This document shows, one piece after another, positions 48,413 to 62,877 of a stretch of DNA of 64,000 bases. The stretch lies in assembly GCA_012295275.1 (NCBI GenBank), contig CM022666.1, positions 14,446,001-14,510,000 on the forward strand. The letters run 5' to 3'. The translations under genes and the position numbers were made by a program. The notes under the pieces are model-generated. The model saw only the letters and a program-made list of their open reading frames with translations, searched no databases and was not told where the DNA came from. Each line of letters opens with the position of its first letter. Position 1 is the stretch's first letter. The stretch comes from Chrysomallon squamiferum (lineage: Eukaryota; Animalia; Mollusca).

Positions 48413-48974
48413 TACTTTTATATACCATTACCTGGGTTTTATTAATATTTTAAAACAAGTACTTTTTTATATTATTTTTCATGAATTTCATTTCTTTTTC
48501 TTATATTTCCCTCTTTTAAGTGTTACAATAATTTATTGCATTATTGCAGTTTCATTTTAATTTCATTGTCCTTTTACTAAATAAAAAAAATAAAAAATAA
48601 ATATATTTTTTGGTTGTTTCTATTTTTTTATTTATTAATTCTTATTACTTTATACTAAAGGTTATTAATGTAAGATATACAAGTTCTTTCTGGATGATGA
48701 TATTAGCAACATGAACTGTGTTACTGAGAGAACTACTCTCACTGATTAGCAAGAAGTCATCTTTTAGCTGCACCTTCCCATGATTAGGAAAGCCTTTAAT
48801 AAAACAATAAATGAGTTCTGACTGAAAAGGTCAACATGGAGGTTCCAGTACTAACAACAGAAAAATAAAATATACACAGCTATATTGTCAACTTGTTCAG
48901 TAAAGCAACACAAATTGTATGATATTTGTATTGGAGACCGCTACCTTTTGCATGACTTCAAAGAGGTAACAATT

Positions 48975-49584
<610 letters not shown>

Positions 49585-50383
49585 TACATCACACACACAC
49601 ACACACACATTATTATTACATTACACACACACACACACATTACACATATGAAAATTTGACATTTATTATTACTTTTTATTATATACATACACACACACAC
49701 ACACACACACACATAAATAACAAAATATTCTGCTGAAAATATTAAGTCCTGTTATTATTATTATTATTATTATTAATATTTTATTATTATTATTTTCTGG
49801 ATTATTTCTAAATCAAATATTCTGCTGAAAATATTTAAGTATTAATATGAAAATATTATTATTTATATTATTATTATTATTTTATTTTTTTTAACCCATT
49901 TCTATTGTTATTAAGATAAATAACAACAAATATTCTGCTGAAAATTTAGTAAGTCCTGTGTTGACATTTAGTTAATCTTTTAACCATATAGATACATAAT
50001 TTTCCTCCATTTGTTGCTAAGATAAATAACAAAATATTCTGCTGAAAATACCTAAGTCCTGTGTCTGTAGTTAGCTTGAACGCAAGAAGATACACACTTT
50101 TCCTCCATTTCTCACAGAATTCTAAACCAAAAAAACGCTGCCGTTTTATTTTCGCTTTTGTTTCATGTTTTCAAGTAGTTTCTGTTATATAGTAATTGTG
50201 GAATTTTTTTTTACAAACATTTGTTTTAAGCTGTTCTTCTAGACAGTTAGGAATTTCTGGTATTTGTAGTGTTTCTTGGTCAGTATGTAAAGACAATTTA
50301 TAATATTTTTATCACTGTTAACAGAGAGCCATTGTAAACTGTAACAAATGGTCAAAAGTTATATTTTATTACTAAGTGCATAT

Positions 50384-50962
50384 GGATAATTCTGAATTAA
50401 TGTTTTTGTAGCTATTTGATCGGACTCTTTATTCCAAATGATATTCAAGGAATAGGTTTCTAATTTTTTAAACAGAACATTTGTTTGGGTTTGGCAGTGA
50501 AGAAAAAAGATAAGCATATTTCAATAAAACAATTTTCTATTACAGTAATTTTTCCTAGAGGAGACAAAGAAGGTTTTGACCATTGTTCAAGCAGCCTTTT
50601 AACCTCATTCAATTTTGCGTTATAGTTTAATTCATGTATCTGACAGAGATCTGTGGGAAACTAAAATATTGTAAATTCTGTAGTCCATTTTAATTTTTGT
50701 TTTGAACACATTTTTCTGTGATGATTACTAGTCTTTGCCTAATTTTACAATGTTAGTTTTACTTGTGTTAACTTTAAGACCAAATAGTGAGGTGAAATGT
50801 TTCCACAGATGCTGTAAGAGTTTTATCACACCACTTGATAGCAATGTAGTGTCGTCTGCAAACTCTTCAACGTTAAATTCTTTACCGTTTATCTCAGTCC
50901 CATGTAGATTTTTGTCATTTACTACCAAGATTTCAAGAATCTTAACACATAAAATGAAAATA
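50384..50962 (-). mobile_element. L1/Tx1 LINE RT fragment (inverted paralogue of 2020-2582)
   Basis: FADDTT...GLKVNTSKT; retains the LSPLGKITV segment deleted in the left copy. Confidence 0.8.
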
Positions 50963-50986
50963 ACAACAAAAACAAAAACAACATCA

Positions 50987-51022
<36 letters not shown>

Positions 51023-51229
51023 GGCGACTGGTGAGTGTAACTGTAAATACTGATTTATGTTTCTTCATTAATTCAATATGTTTGTTACATTATGTTATAT
51101 CAGATCATGAAACTAAAGCATTTATGAGAGTTCACAAGTAGATTTACTGGACATTAAATCCTCAGTTTTGAGAAAAATCTTTGCCTGCCTCGGTGCCTGA
51201 GAAAGGGGTGTTGTACCGCCTTGAAAAAT

Positions 51230-51298
51230 TTCTCTTGGAGGCCCTGCTCACAAAATATACTCTTCTGTTTGTCTCTGAGTACACAAATACATGTTTAC

Positions 51299-51356
<58 letters not shown>

Positions 51357-52077
51357 TTTTTATCATTTACTTTTTTCTTCATTTATTTATTTATTTATTT
51401 ATTTCTGTTATTGTCGTTTTATTTTATTTGTAAATTTGTGGTCTCATCTCCATATTAATGGCTGCAATAACCCTGTATGCTTTGAATCGAATCAGTTATC
51501 TCCCTTTAGAGCACACCGATTCAGTTTTAATTAGTTCGCTTTTTATTTATTTCTACTGTGACTACTTCTGCTACTTCTACTACTGCTACTCCTACTACTA
51601 CTACTACTACTAAATAAAACTGATTAAAATAGTCTTAATTTTGAAAGTAAATGAAATAAAATAAAATAAAATATAATAAAATAAAATATAATAAATTCAT
51701 ACTCTTTATTTTATTTTTTATCATGTTGCATTTTCATACAATTTTGACTGTGAAAAAAACCTAAAAGGTGACTGGTGAATGTAACTGTAAATACTGATTT
51801 ATGTTTCTTCATTAACTGAATATGTTTGTTACATTATGTTATATCAGATCATGAAACTAAAGCATTAATGAGAGTTTACAAGTAGATTTACTGGACATCA
51901 AATCCTCAGTTTTGAGAAAAATCTTTGTCTGAGTAAACAAATAGATGTTTACCTCTTAAAACCGTTTTCTGAACGTGGTCTAAGGGAAATAACTCCAGTT
52001 CTAGCCTACATGGCCTTAATTATTATAATCATATATACATTCGGTTTATTTACTTTTATTATTATTATTATTATCTT

Positions 52078-52136
<59 letters not shown>

Positions 52137-52770
52137 TTTTATTGGGATGTTTTTTCTTAATCTGTAGTTTTATTATTATTATTTTTTAATTTTTTAAATT
52201 TTTTATTTTTATTTTATTTAATTATTTATTTTTTTTAGTTTTCTTTTCTTGTTCTTGTTGTTGTTTTTTCTCACTGGAATAAACTATTTAATTATCTGGA
52301 GGCCCTGCTCGCAAAATATACTCTTCTGTGTGTCTCTGAGTACACAAATACATGTTCACCTGTTACACGTTTTGTGAATGTGGTCTAAGGGAAATAACTC
52401 CAGTACTAGCCTACATGGCCTTAACTATCATAATCATATATATTCGGTTTATTTACTTTTGTTATTATTTTTTTTTTTTTTTTTTTTTTTTACTAGGAAT
52501 TTTTTTTTATCTGTATTGTTTTAATATTTTATTTTGTTTGTTTGTTTGTTTGTGTGTGTGTGTTCTTTTTTTTTTTGTTGTTGTTGTTGTTGTTTTTTTT
52601 CTCAGTGGAATAAACTATTATCATCTAGAGGCCCTGACCAGAATATACACTCTTCTGTGTGTCTGAGTACACAAATACATATTTACCTGTTACACCATTT
52701 TCTGAATGTGGTCTAAGGGAAATAACTCCAGTACCACTCTACATGGCAGTAATTATGATCATTATGTAAA
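51230..52770 (+). repeat. Dispersed/tandem ~150-350 bp repeat with an AAGGGAAATAACTCC core
   Basis: Full or partial units near 51240, 51930, 52300 and 52630; inverted units at ~1500-1635, 62600-62760 and 62945-63095. Confidence 0.8.
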
Positions 52771-53087
52771 TAATTGGTTAATTAACTTTTACTCTTTTTT
52801 TTTTTTCTAAATTTTTACTAGGATGTTTTGTTTTTGTATTTTGTTTTGTTTTGATGGTGTTGTTGCTGTTGTTGTTGTTGTTTTCTCACTGCAAATAACT
52901 TAAAACATAATTTTGAAATTTAAATAAAAACATAATTAAGTAACTAAATAATATATTATTCTTATGTTACATTTCATTTTTTGAATCCATACTAGTTATT
53001 CTTTTAACAACTTTGTTTTTAATTGATTTTTTATTTTTTATTTTTTTTTTTTTTTTTATTTATTTTTTTTTTTTTTTTTAATTACCC

Positions 53088-53960
53088 CCACACACACACA
53101 CAGACACACACAAACATACACACACACACATATATATACACACACACACCACATATATATAAACAGGGAGAAACATATAAATATACATATAGGCAGACAA
53201 ATTAATATACACACACAAATTAATAAATATACACACACGTAATATACACAAAAACAAATACACACATACATACATTTAAACACAAAACACATACAGAAAC
53301 ACACATATATACACACATGCACACACAATATATATATACACACACAAACACACATACATATCTACATACATATATACTACATACACACAAATATATATAT
53401 ATAAAAAACACACGTACATATATATACACATACAAACATATATAAATACATACACACACATAAATACATATATATATATAAATATATATACACAAACAGA
53501 CAACTATATATATACATACTCTTACATATATATATATACATACAGTCACATATATACATATACACATACACAAACATATAAACACAAAACACACATACAC
53601 ACCCATATATATATATATATACACAAAAGCACATACAAATATGCAAACACACACTCACACACACAGACATATATATATTTAAAGAAACACAGTTATATAC
53701 ATACATGCACACAAACAATATATATATTCACATACATATATATATATATATAAATATATATGTGTATATACAAAAACAGACATACATACATATCTATATA
53801 CACACATACACAAGTACACACACACATGAATATATACACACACAACTATATACATATATATATACACAAACATACATACAAATATACATATATATATATA
53901 TACACACATACACACAAACATACATACATATACACAAAAATACACACATACATATATAAA
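53088..53960. repeat. Degenerate (CA/TA)n microsatellite
   Basis: About 870 bp of mixed ca/ta repeats; source of many spurious ORFs. Confidence 0.9.
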
Positions 53961-54409
53961 TGAATAAATGAAAAAAGAAAATGAAAAAAAGATAACTCGA
54001 AAAATATTAAAAATATCACTGTTTCAGATTTTGCCACACAATCTATCTTTCACAGTGATTGTAGAAAATTTACAAGCTAGTTATTTTTCATCTGAAACAA
54101 TTAAAATAATATAAGTTTAGAGATACGAGAAAGAAGAAAAAAAGAAAGAATAGAATAGAAGAAAGGAAAGAATGAAGGAATGAAAAAAATAGCTAATAAA
54201 ATAAATGAAATAAAAAATACAAATAATCATTTTCACTGATTTTCACTGGACCATATTTAATTACATAACACACATACTACACACACTGCTAGAAAGAAAA
54301 ATAAAAGTACACAAGGAAAAAGTAGATAAAAAGAAGAAAAACTGGAAAAACAAATAAATAAATAAATAAACAAATGAAATAAAAAACAATAATAATAAAA
54401 TAATAATAA

Positions 54410-54448
<39 letters not shown>

Positions 54449-54629
54449 AAAATAAATAAAATAACAAACTAAAGAATATTGAATATATGACATCAAACAA
54501 GGAAACAGGCAAAAAGAAGTACTAGCAGACAGACAGAAAAACAGATAAATAAATAAAAAATTAATTAAATAACATTTTGTACAAACATTAATAATTTAAC
54601 TCCAATTAAAACTGCTTTGAAGTCGCTTT

Positions 54630-54671
<42 letters not shown>

Positions 54672-55784
54672 GAAACAAACGAAAAGAGAAGACTGTTGAA
54701 GAAAAAAGAAACAAATGTAAAGAAAAAACCTGAATGACAGAATACAGGAAAGAATGAAGAAGTTAAAATGAAATAAATAAATAAATAAAAAATATAAGAA
54801 TAATAAGTATAAAACTGAGGAAGGAAACAAAGAAGCAATGAATGAAAATAAAACAGCAATCATTTTCTACATAAACATTATACACATTTAGCAGTAAAAA
54901 CCAAATCAGTTTTTAGAATATCACATTTATTATTATCATTATTTTTTAAATCAATCAATAATTCTGACATCAAATTAACAAGCATTAAAAAAACAAATTC
55001 AACAATATTTTTTAAACTTTCTTGTCTTAAATGAAGCACAAAATTCAGTAATAACACATTGTACAATATCCACAGATTTTACAAAACATTACTATTGTCA
55101 TAATTTACTGCAGTAACAATAAATATATGAAATATGAGATCAGCAACTCATTCATATAAAAAAATATGTAAATTCTAGTCTCCTTTCACTCATTATTTAA
55201 ATGAAATCACAGTTTAAGTGTATAAAATAAAAACTTCATTTCAGTTTAAATCAGAAATATAAAGTGAAACATTTACCTGTTACACAAGTGTATTGTAATA
55301 CAGTGTAATGTGTTCAAACAGTTAATTTACTCTTCACAAAAACACAGGTGCACAGCACATAAAAAGTTAACTAATTAACAAAGTAGACTAGATAGTCAAC
55401 ATGGAGTGGAGGTGTAGAGAGACACTGTAGACTGAGGATTACTTCTAATGAGATTTAAAACTGAAAATTTACTAAATTTAATACTTTTACAAATAATTTA
55501 GATAGTAAGTGTAATAGTCCATATGTGTGTATGTGTGTACATCTGCATGTCTGTGTGTGTATCTATATATGTCTGTGTATCTATAAACATGTGTGTGACT
55601 GTGTTTGTGTGAGTGTGTGTGTGTGGATGACACTGATAGCCTGTGTTTGTCACTGAGAATATTTATATTTAGTGTATTTAAATGCAGTACAGAGATAAAC
55701 AATAACAGACAGACAGACAGTTATTTACTCTACAATTTTTTGTTTGTTTTTAAAGTAATTACTATTTTGTTAAATAATTTTACT

Positions 55785-56428
55785 TTATGGGCAGATTAAA
55801 GAAGAGATCAGTTTGAGCAAAGTGGAATTCTTTGATAAATCAGGTAAAATTTTCACTTTCACATCAAAACCAGGACTGAAAACAGCAAACACAGGTATCA
55901 ACGGTTGTGACACATCAACATCAGTCAGTGTGTGTACAAGTGTGTTAGTGTCTGTGTTTATTATGTGCAGAGTTTTACTTTGTGTGTCTAGTACTAGTGT
56001 AAGTGATGTGTGGACTAGTGTGTTGGTTTTATAGTCACACACTGGACTATGACACTTACATTTACCACAGGAGAAAACATCTAAACACATTTTATTGTGT
56101 ATTTTACAGCTACGAAAACTAACACACCAAGCATGTTTATTACTAAACATTCCAAATTCCTCATCGCAGTGTCTCTCCTCACAGACTCCAATCTGAGCTG
56201 CTACTTTATTCAGTTCTGCACTTTCTAAAATGTGACAGGTTATTTTACTTTCCCAAACGTAACATTTGTTTTCTGTAAAACTTATGTCACCTATTACTCC
56301 ACTCATAACTTTCATCCTGTCTTCATTTTGGTTTTCTTCTACAGATCTTTTGTTAACTAATTCCTTGTTTTCATTAATACAACATGTCTTCCAATTTAGT
56401 GTTTTTTCTGCAAATTTCATTGGTGTCA
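55785..56428 (-). CDS. B30.2/PRY-SPRY-like terminal exon, copy C
   Basis: Intact acceptor ttcacAG|tgacacca and open frame to TAA; paralogous to copies A and B. Confidence 0.8.
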
Positions 56429-56762
56429 CTGTGAAAATAAAATATGTTGTTAAATATTTCACTTTTACAAACTGCACTGTCACTTTATACAATTGTTAAC
56501 AATCAAATACAATTTTAAAATTTGTGTTTTTACACTTAAAAAATGAAAGAAAATAAATAAAATGTTTTATTAAAATAATTTGTTTCTACATTTAAATTTT
56601 ATTAAAATGTTGTTTACTTTCAATATACACAACTGATAATTCATTTTTTTTTTTAAAGATTATTTATTGTTATTTTTATTGTTGTCTTTATCAGCATTGT
56701 CATCATGTATTTTTATCATCATTATTATATTTAGAAGTAAATAAATAAAAAATGTTACTTAC

Positions 56763-56840
56763 ATGAAACTTCTCTGTAGATTCCTCTGTGACTCACAGGT
56801 TCAGGTTTTAAACACAGAAGTTTTCTTGTTTCAGGTGATT
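56763..56840 (-). CDS. TRIM linker exon, intact (78 nt, phase 1-1)
   Basis: AG|...|GTAAGT; encodes (E)SPETRKLLCLKPEPVSHRGIYREVS in frame with SPRY copy C. Confidence 0.75.
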
Positions 56841-57788
56841 CTGTAAATATTATTATTATTATTATTGATTTATTATTATTATAACAACTGTAAAATCAGA
56901 AGTAATACTAGTAGAATCTTTACAAAATGAAAAAGTAGTAGTATAACTTTTTATTACTTTACTAATTAGGAATAGAAGTGTGAAAAATAAAAATACTGAA
57001 TGACAGAACTATTAAAAGATTAACTACCTAATTAAACTGAAAACACGTTATCTAATTATCTATACAAAATCTATAAATTCATTCACAATTTGTGAACCTG
57101 TTAACAATGAAAAATACCGCCTCGATGTTCGCTTCTCAAAATGTGCTCGAACCAGACAAGACACGCGACTCGATGTTATAAGTAGGTCAGCTTACGTAGA
57201 AATAAAATCTACCGTAGTAACCATAATAATAATGTTTAATCAATGTTGAACAATGAATCAAATTAGTATTAATGAAAAATTATTGTTTAAAATAACAAAT
57301 AAACTTTGTTTTGTTGTCTATTTTATGTTTTTATTTTTATCTTTCTGTTACAGCGCTTATACAAATTGCAGACTGCGTCTATTTTTAGATGCACTGTAAA
57401 CAGTAGCTCCGCCCACATGCCTGAAACTACAGAATTAGGACACAGTGTCTGATTAAAGAGCAACGTGTTTTCCATTTTGTCCCCTCATTGTGTTAAATTT
57501 TATTTTATTTTATTTTATTTTCGCATAAATTACGTTTGAAGTTTAGATGCCTTTTTAAAGTATTTAGAGTCATATTATTGCATTTTAGGGTTGTTAAAAC
57601 GTCACTTTAAAAAAAAAAAAAAAATAAAATGATATGTACCTAACAACTCTGAATAGCAGAGAATAACTTTCTTTACACATGTATCTAGATTTTTCAGTCT
57701 TAAGCATTTTAAATACATAGTTTGTAAAAAAGTATAAAGGTGCTGTGATATATGTATACTCATATCAATACATACAAACTCACACACA

Positions 57789-57839
<51 letters not shown>

Positions 57840-58160
57840 TAAAAGGACTACAAGCATTTGATTTTTAACCACAATTTTCTGCAATGCACAAACTCAGCGA
57901 AAGCTTTGAGCCCATTCCAGAAAAGTGTTGGAAATACTAATCAGGGACAATAAAATGCCTGTAGTCATGAGACTATAGGCAACTAAAGGATAGTTGAAAC
58001 AGAAAAAAAAAGTTATCTTAGTTTTGGACTTGCTGTGATTTGACTGACCACTGTTGGTATTTTCTCCATTGAAGCTAATCAACACTTAAAGAAAAAATAA
58101 ACAATCTTTTAAAAATTAATTACTGATACTTAACCAAAAAAAATAAAAAAAAAAAAAAAA

Positions 58161-58210
<50 letters not shown>

Positions 58211-58229
58211 GAGATTAGTTTTAATTCAG

Positions 58230-58545
58230 CAATCGAGTAAGAAATTTTGGATTCATCGAGTTTCATTTGCCGTTTATCGTGAGAATTTTGCAGACAAAAT
58301 AATCGTCTGTGTTTTAGAGTTCCATGAATATCAATTTCAGTAAGTTTCACAAACGCGAGTTGTAAGCTAGCAGCTAAGTTTTACTTCCGGAGCTCAGTTG
58401 TTTGTTAGAAAATTGATCACATGATAAGTCTTTACTAAATTTAGCATTGAGCGCATGAAGTGTAACGTACGCGCACCTATAATTTGTACAAAGCCTAACA
58501 GTTATTGTGTTAAACGCAAATGTTGTAATCTGCAACGCTGAGATC
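58230..58545. promoter_or_regulatory. CpG-enriched promoter-like segment
   Basis: ACTTCCGG (ETS, ~58384), TCACATGA (E-box) and GCGCATG (NRF1-like) within ~100 bp, in locally CpG-rich sequence. Confidence 0.3.
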
Positions 58546-58926
58546 TGACTTTACAAAGGATGCAAAAGCACAGTTTGTATTAAATGAACAATTTCTATTA
58601 CAGATACTATTTATATATCTTACAGTAAATGTAATACATATTTGTAGCTGCATGTTTTTTCTCGTAAGTGTGCATTACTCATTTCACTGGATACTGACTT
58701 AACTGCGGTCATATTGTATATTTTCAGTTGTCATGAAACAACGATTAACATTGACAGCACGACGATATTGTAGGTTATTACGGTAATGGTGATCTCTCCA
58801 CAACACTTCAGCAGACGATTTATAAATATCATACATGTGCACCAGTTTGAACCAGTTATTGGATACTGTCCTACTTTTAAATTATAGGAATCCTATCTCT
58901 ATAGTCAATTTTTATAAATAGAATAA

Positions 58927-59126
58927 NNNNNNNNNNNNNNNNNNNNNNNNNNNNNNNNNNNNNNNNNNNNNNNNNNNNNNNNNNNNNNNNNNNNNNNNNN
59001 NNNNNNNNNNNNNNNNNNNNNNNNNNNNNNNNNNNNNNNNNNNNNNNNNNNNNNNNNNNNNNNNNNNNNNNNNNNNNNNNNNNNNNNNNNNNNNNNNNNN
59101 NNNNNNNNNNNNNNNNNNNNNNNNNN
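58927..59126. other. Scaffold gap (200 N)
   Basis: Run of exactly 200 n. Confidence 1.
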
Positions 59127-59625
59127 TTTAATATAGAGATTTGTTATTATCACAGTTACTTACACCTGTTTAATATACACACTGATCATTATTATTACAG
59201 ATATTTAGAGTATTTAATATAGAGATTTGTTATTATTACTAGAGATATATAAAATAGCTGTTGCACATACTTAAACACTCATGCATACTATAGCAACTGA
59301 AACAGACACATAGTCACATATGGTTTGTTTATCTTTTTGCACAGTTTGAAATTAATAAGATCTTCCATGACTTCCATTTTTTATTTATTTACTTTTTTTT
59401 GTTATGAGAAATGGGCTAAATTTTAATAGTGCAGCTTATGTCTCTATATTGTTAAATTATTATATCACTGTATTATACAGCTGCTATGGGAATTGAAGTT
59501 TAATATTTCAGTTGTGACTTCCCAGACTTTTGTATTTCCTGAGCACTGTTTCCTCCTGTTAGTCTGTTAAATCATGTGTCAGGAGTGTGTGTAGGTCTCT
59601 CACTCTCTCTCTGTATGTCTGTTAT

Positions 59626-59671
<46 letters not shown>

Positions 59672-59830
59672 TATCTAGCTATCTATTATTTCTTAGGTAT
59701 TTTTGATATGACAGTTATTCATAAAGTTAGTTTTATCTACCAGATAAAACTAACATTACAAATAAGCTTATGTATCAGACATTTCATAAAATATATATTA
59801 TTTATTTATTTATTTATTTTTTTTCTTTAG

Positions 59831-60183
59831 AACAAGACACAAAAGTGGTTAAAGATAATGACATGACAGTTCAGTCACAAAGTAAAACAAAAACAACAAA
59901 ATACTAAAGATAAAATAAATATTTAGAGTAATTTCCCCTTTCTTGAAATGTTAAAGTTATTAAATTTATATTTGCTTTTGTGTAATTTTAGATTTTAAGC
60001 ACTAACAATAATAGCAATAATAATAAAAGTAATAATAATAATTAAATACAGTATTTTGTAGATTCTGAATTTTTGTTTTTTTCTTCTTCATATCTTCATA
60101 ACTAATATCATAGTTTAAACCTTTACATCAGGATTATTTGAAATATCCACTTGTTTTTGAATAATTTTGTTGTTTATCACTAA

Positions 60184-60218
<35 letters not shown>

Positions 60219-60515
60219 AAGTTAAAGGAACTAAAGTTATGATGACTTTTCAAAATGCTGTCTTGTTCAATACTTTTATTATTAATTCATAGCAGACAAA
60301 CAAACCTTGTAAGTATGGAGAATATATTTACATTATTTCTTAGTTTTATCAGAATTAGATTTTTACTTAAAAAAACATTTCATGTCAGATTTAAAAGACA
60401 GCTAATCAACTTGAATGTGTGCTGGAGATTGTGAAACAAACTGATACACAACTCAGAGGGCATCTCCTGGAGAACACAAAACAAATGAAAGGCATGCAAG
60501 ACAAAGAGAAGTTAG

Positions 60516-60549
<34 letters not shown>

Positions 60550-62060
60550 AAATTAATAAATAAATAAATAAAAAAAAAAAAAAGAAAAGAAACAAGCTAA
60601 AAAAAAAAAAAAAAAATCAAAAAATAAAAAGAAACAAATTACTAAATAAATGAATGAATAAATAAATAAATAAATTCATGGTCATTCAAAAAATAAAATT
60701 GTGAAGAGATAAAAACTGGTAACTTTAATGTAAATATAAAAGTAAATATTTTATTGTGAAACAAATTAATAAATAATTAAACAAAAACAGAAAAATGGAA
60801 ATAAATGTATAAATTATTTTACTTGATCATTTTACTCTCACATCTACACTTTAAAAAAGACCAAGTTTGTTGAACTACTCCTTCCCAGTTAGGTCACTGA
60901 GTACAGCTGAGACTGACAAGATCAGTACACCTCAGTGTGATCATGGAGCTATCTCACATTCCTACCTCTGCCCCACACATAGTTACTTTGGTATGTTCCA
61001 CGCTTTATTCAGGAGAGACTACATGAAAGATTCCTTGCTGCTGAAACCAAAAAGAAATATCCTATTTCACATTATCTAAGTACACGTTAGAGTCTGATTC
61101 TCTGTGAGAGTACATTACAGGTGTTCAGAGTGGATTGTTAACAACTTGTTTGTGTTTCTTCATGTAAAATCAGTGTGTTTGTTTTCAGTACAATTCGAGA
61201 GTTGGAAGCCTGAGCTGGATTATGAGAAACTTCAATGAGAGAAGTTGAAAGCCCAGTTGGATGAATACAGGAGGGAAATGTTCTGTCTTAACTCTCAACT
61301 AGAAAACTTCACTGTGGTGAGGGAGATATTTTTAATCTTCATTTGCTGTTGATAAATATATAAATAAGTTAATGATTTAATAAGTAAGTGAGTAAGAAAA
61401 TGAATAAATAAGTTAATACAGTAAATAAATATGTAAAAAATAAATAAAATAAATAAGTTGGTAAAGGAATAAGTGAATGAAGGAATAAATGAATGATTGG
61501 GTAATTGGATGAAAAAATGAGTGAGTGAGTGAGTAAATGAATTAATGAATGAATCTTTTTGGAATATATTTTATCTTTAAATAATTACTATAACTTGGAT
61601 ATTTCATTCTTAATTAACTATTGTTATAATCATTTGAAAGAAAGGAACAATCTGAAACAAGCTAAAGAAATAGTGAAATTAATGTAGGTAACACTAAAAA
61701 AAGAACAGTTTTATTGTGAACCTGTCAATCTATTTATCCATTGACTGACACACCCACCTATCTCTCTCTGTATTCTTTCTGTATAGGTATCTGTATCTTA
61801 CTTTCTATCTTTTTTTTTTTTTTTTTTAATTATTAATCTCTCTTGGTGTCTCCACATTTACCTCCCTCTCTGTGTGTCTGTGTGTCTAACTGTGTGTTTG
61901 TGTTTCTGCAGGTTAGTGATGATGAGTATCACACCAGGTCAGGTCGTGTGAGGAGAAGAGCAGGCTCAAGTAAAAAGAAAAGTCAGGATGATGTCAGGTT
62001 TTTTTTCAGACAAAATTACACACCAGTGAAAAAACCCTCAATCAGCTCATTTCAGAATTC
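59831..62060 (+). pseudogene. ANKRD42: ANKRD42-like 3' exons (59831-59909, ~60389-60510, 61189-61316, 61912-~62060)
   Basis: Acidic exon with mutated donor; QLECVLEIVK..TQLRG; TIRELEA/LDYEKLQ*EKLKAQLDEYRREM (frameshift plus stop; ANKRD42 as recalled: TIKELQGQLEYERLRREKLECQLDEYR); then a terminal KKKS..FFR exon. Flanks duplicate 21740-23080. Confidence 0.85.
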
Positions 62061-62546
62061 TCTAGATCAACTGACACTTTGAACTCTTAACAATGACAGT
62101 TTTTATACAGTTGATATCTTTGTATTCACTCAATAATGAAGTATTTTGAGTTAAGTGGATTCTCAGTCTGAAATAAAACATCAGAAAGATACTGTTAAAT
62201 CTGTTGTTGTTGTTGTTTGTTTCTTCCTTAATATTAACAGCTAAAATATGTAATATTGATATAATTTATATAAAATAATGAAATATAGATAGTATGTAAT
62301 TTATATAAAAGAATGAAATATAGATAGTATGTAATTTATACTTTTCTTTTAATTATAAAGTTTTTATTTCATTTCGTTTTGTTAGCCAAAAAATTCATTT
62401 AGAATTTCAAATATTATTTCAAACATTCGTATATTACAAATCTGAACTAGAAAGGAAATTGTATAAATTTATATATTCTGCTTTAGTTTATTTTGCATTA
62501 AATGATTATTTATTTATTTATGTAATTATTTATTAAAAATGTAGAG

Positions 62547-62579
<33 letters not shown>

Positions 62580-62843
62580 TAACCAATTTTTTAGATAATT
62601 ATCATAATTACTGCCATGTAGGTTGGTACTGAAGTTATTTCCCTTAGACCACATTTAGAAAACGGTGTAACAGGTGAACATGCATTTGTGTACTGGGAGA
62701 CACAGAGAAGAGTATATATTGCGAGCAGGGCCTCTAGATAATAATAGTTTATTCCAGTGAGAAAAACACAACAACAACAAGAAAAAAGAAAACACACACA
62801 CACCCAAAAAAAAAAAAAATAATAAAAAAAAAATAATTTAAAG

Positions 62844-62877
<34 letters not shown>

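Larger units (their letters stand above)
55270..57230 (+). repeat. Direct duplicate of 23434-25497
   Basis: Continuous similarity across the 3' flank, SPRY exon, intron and linker exon, ending abruptly at gtaaccataataataa. Confidence 0.92.

Noticed and set aside
53023-54037. Many overlapping C/V/Y/I-rich ORFs (also 71-530 and 33781-34120)
   Set aside because: Degenerate CA/TA repeats lacking stops; no protein signal.
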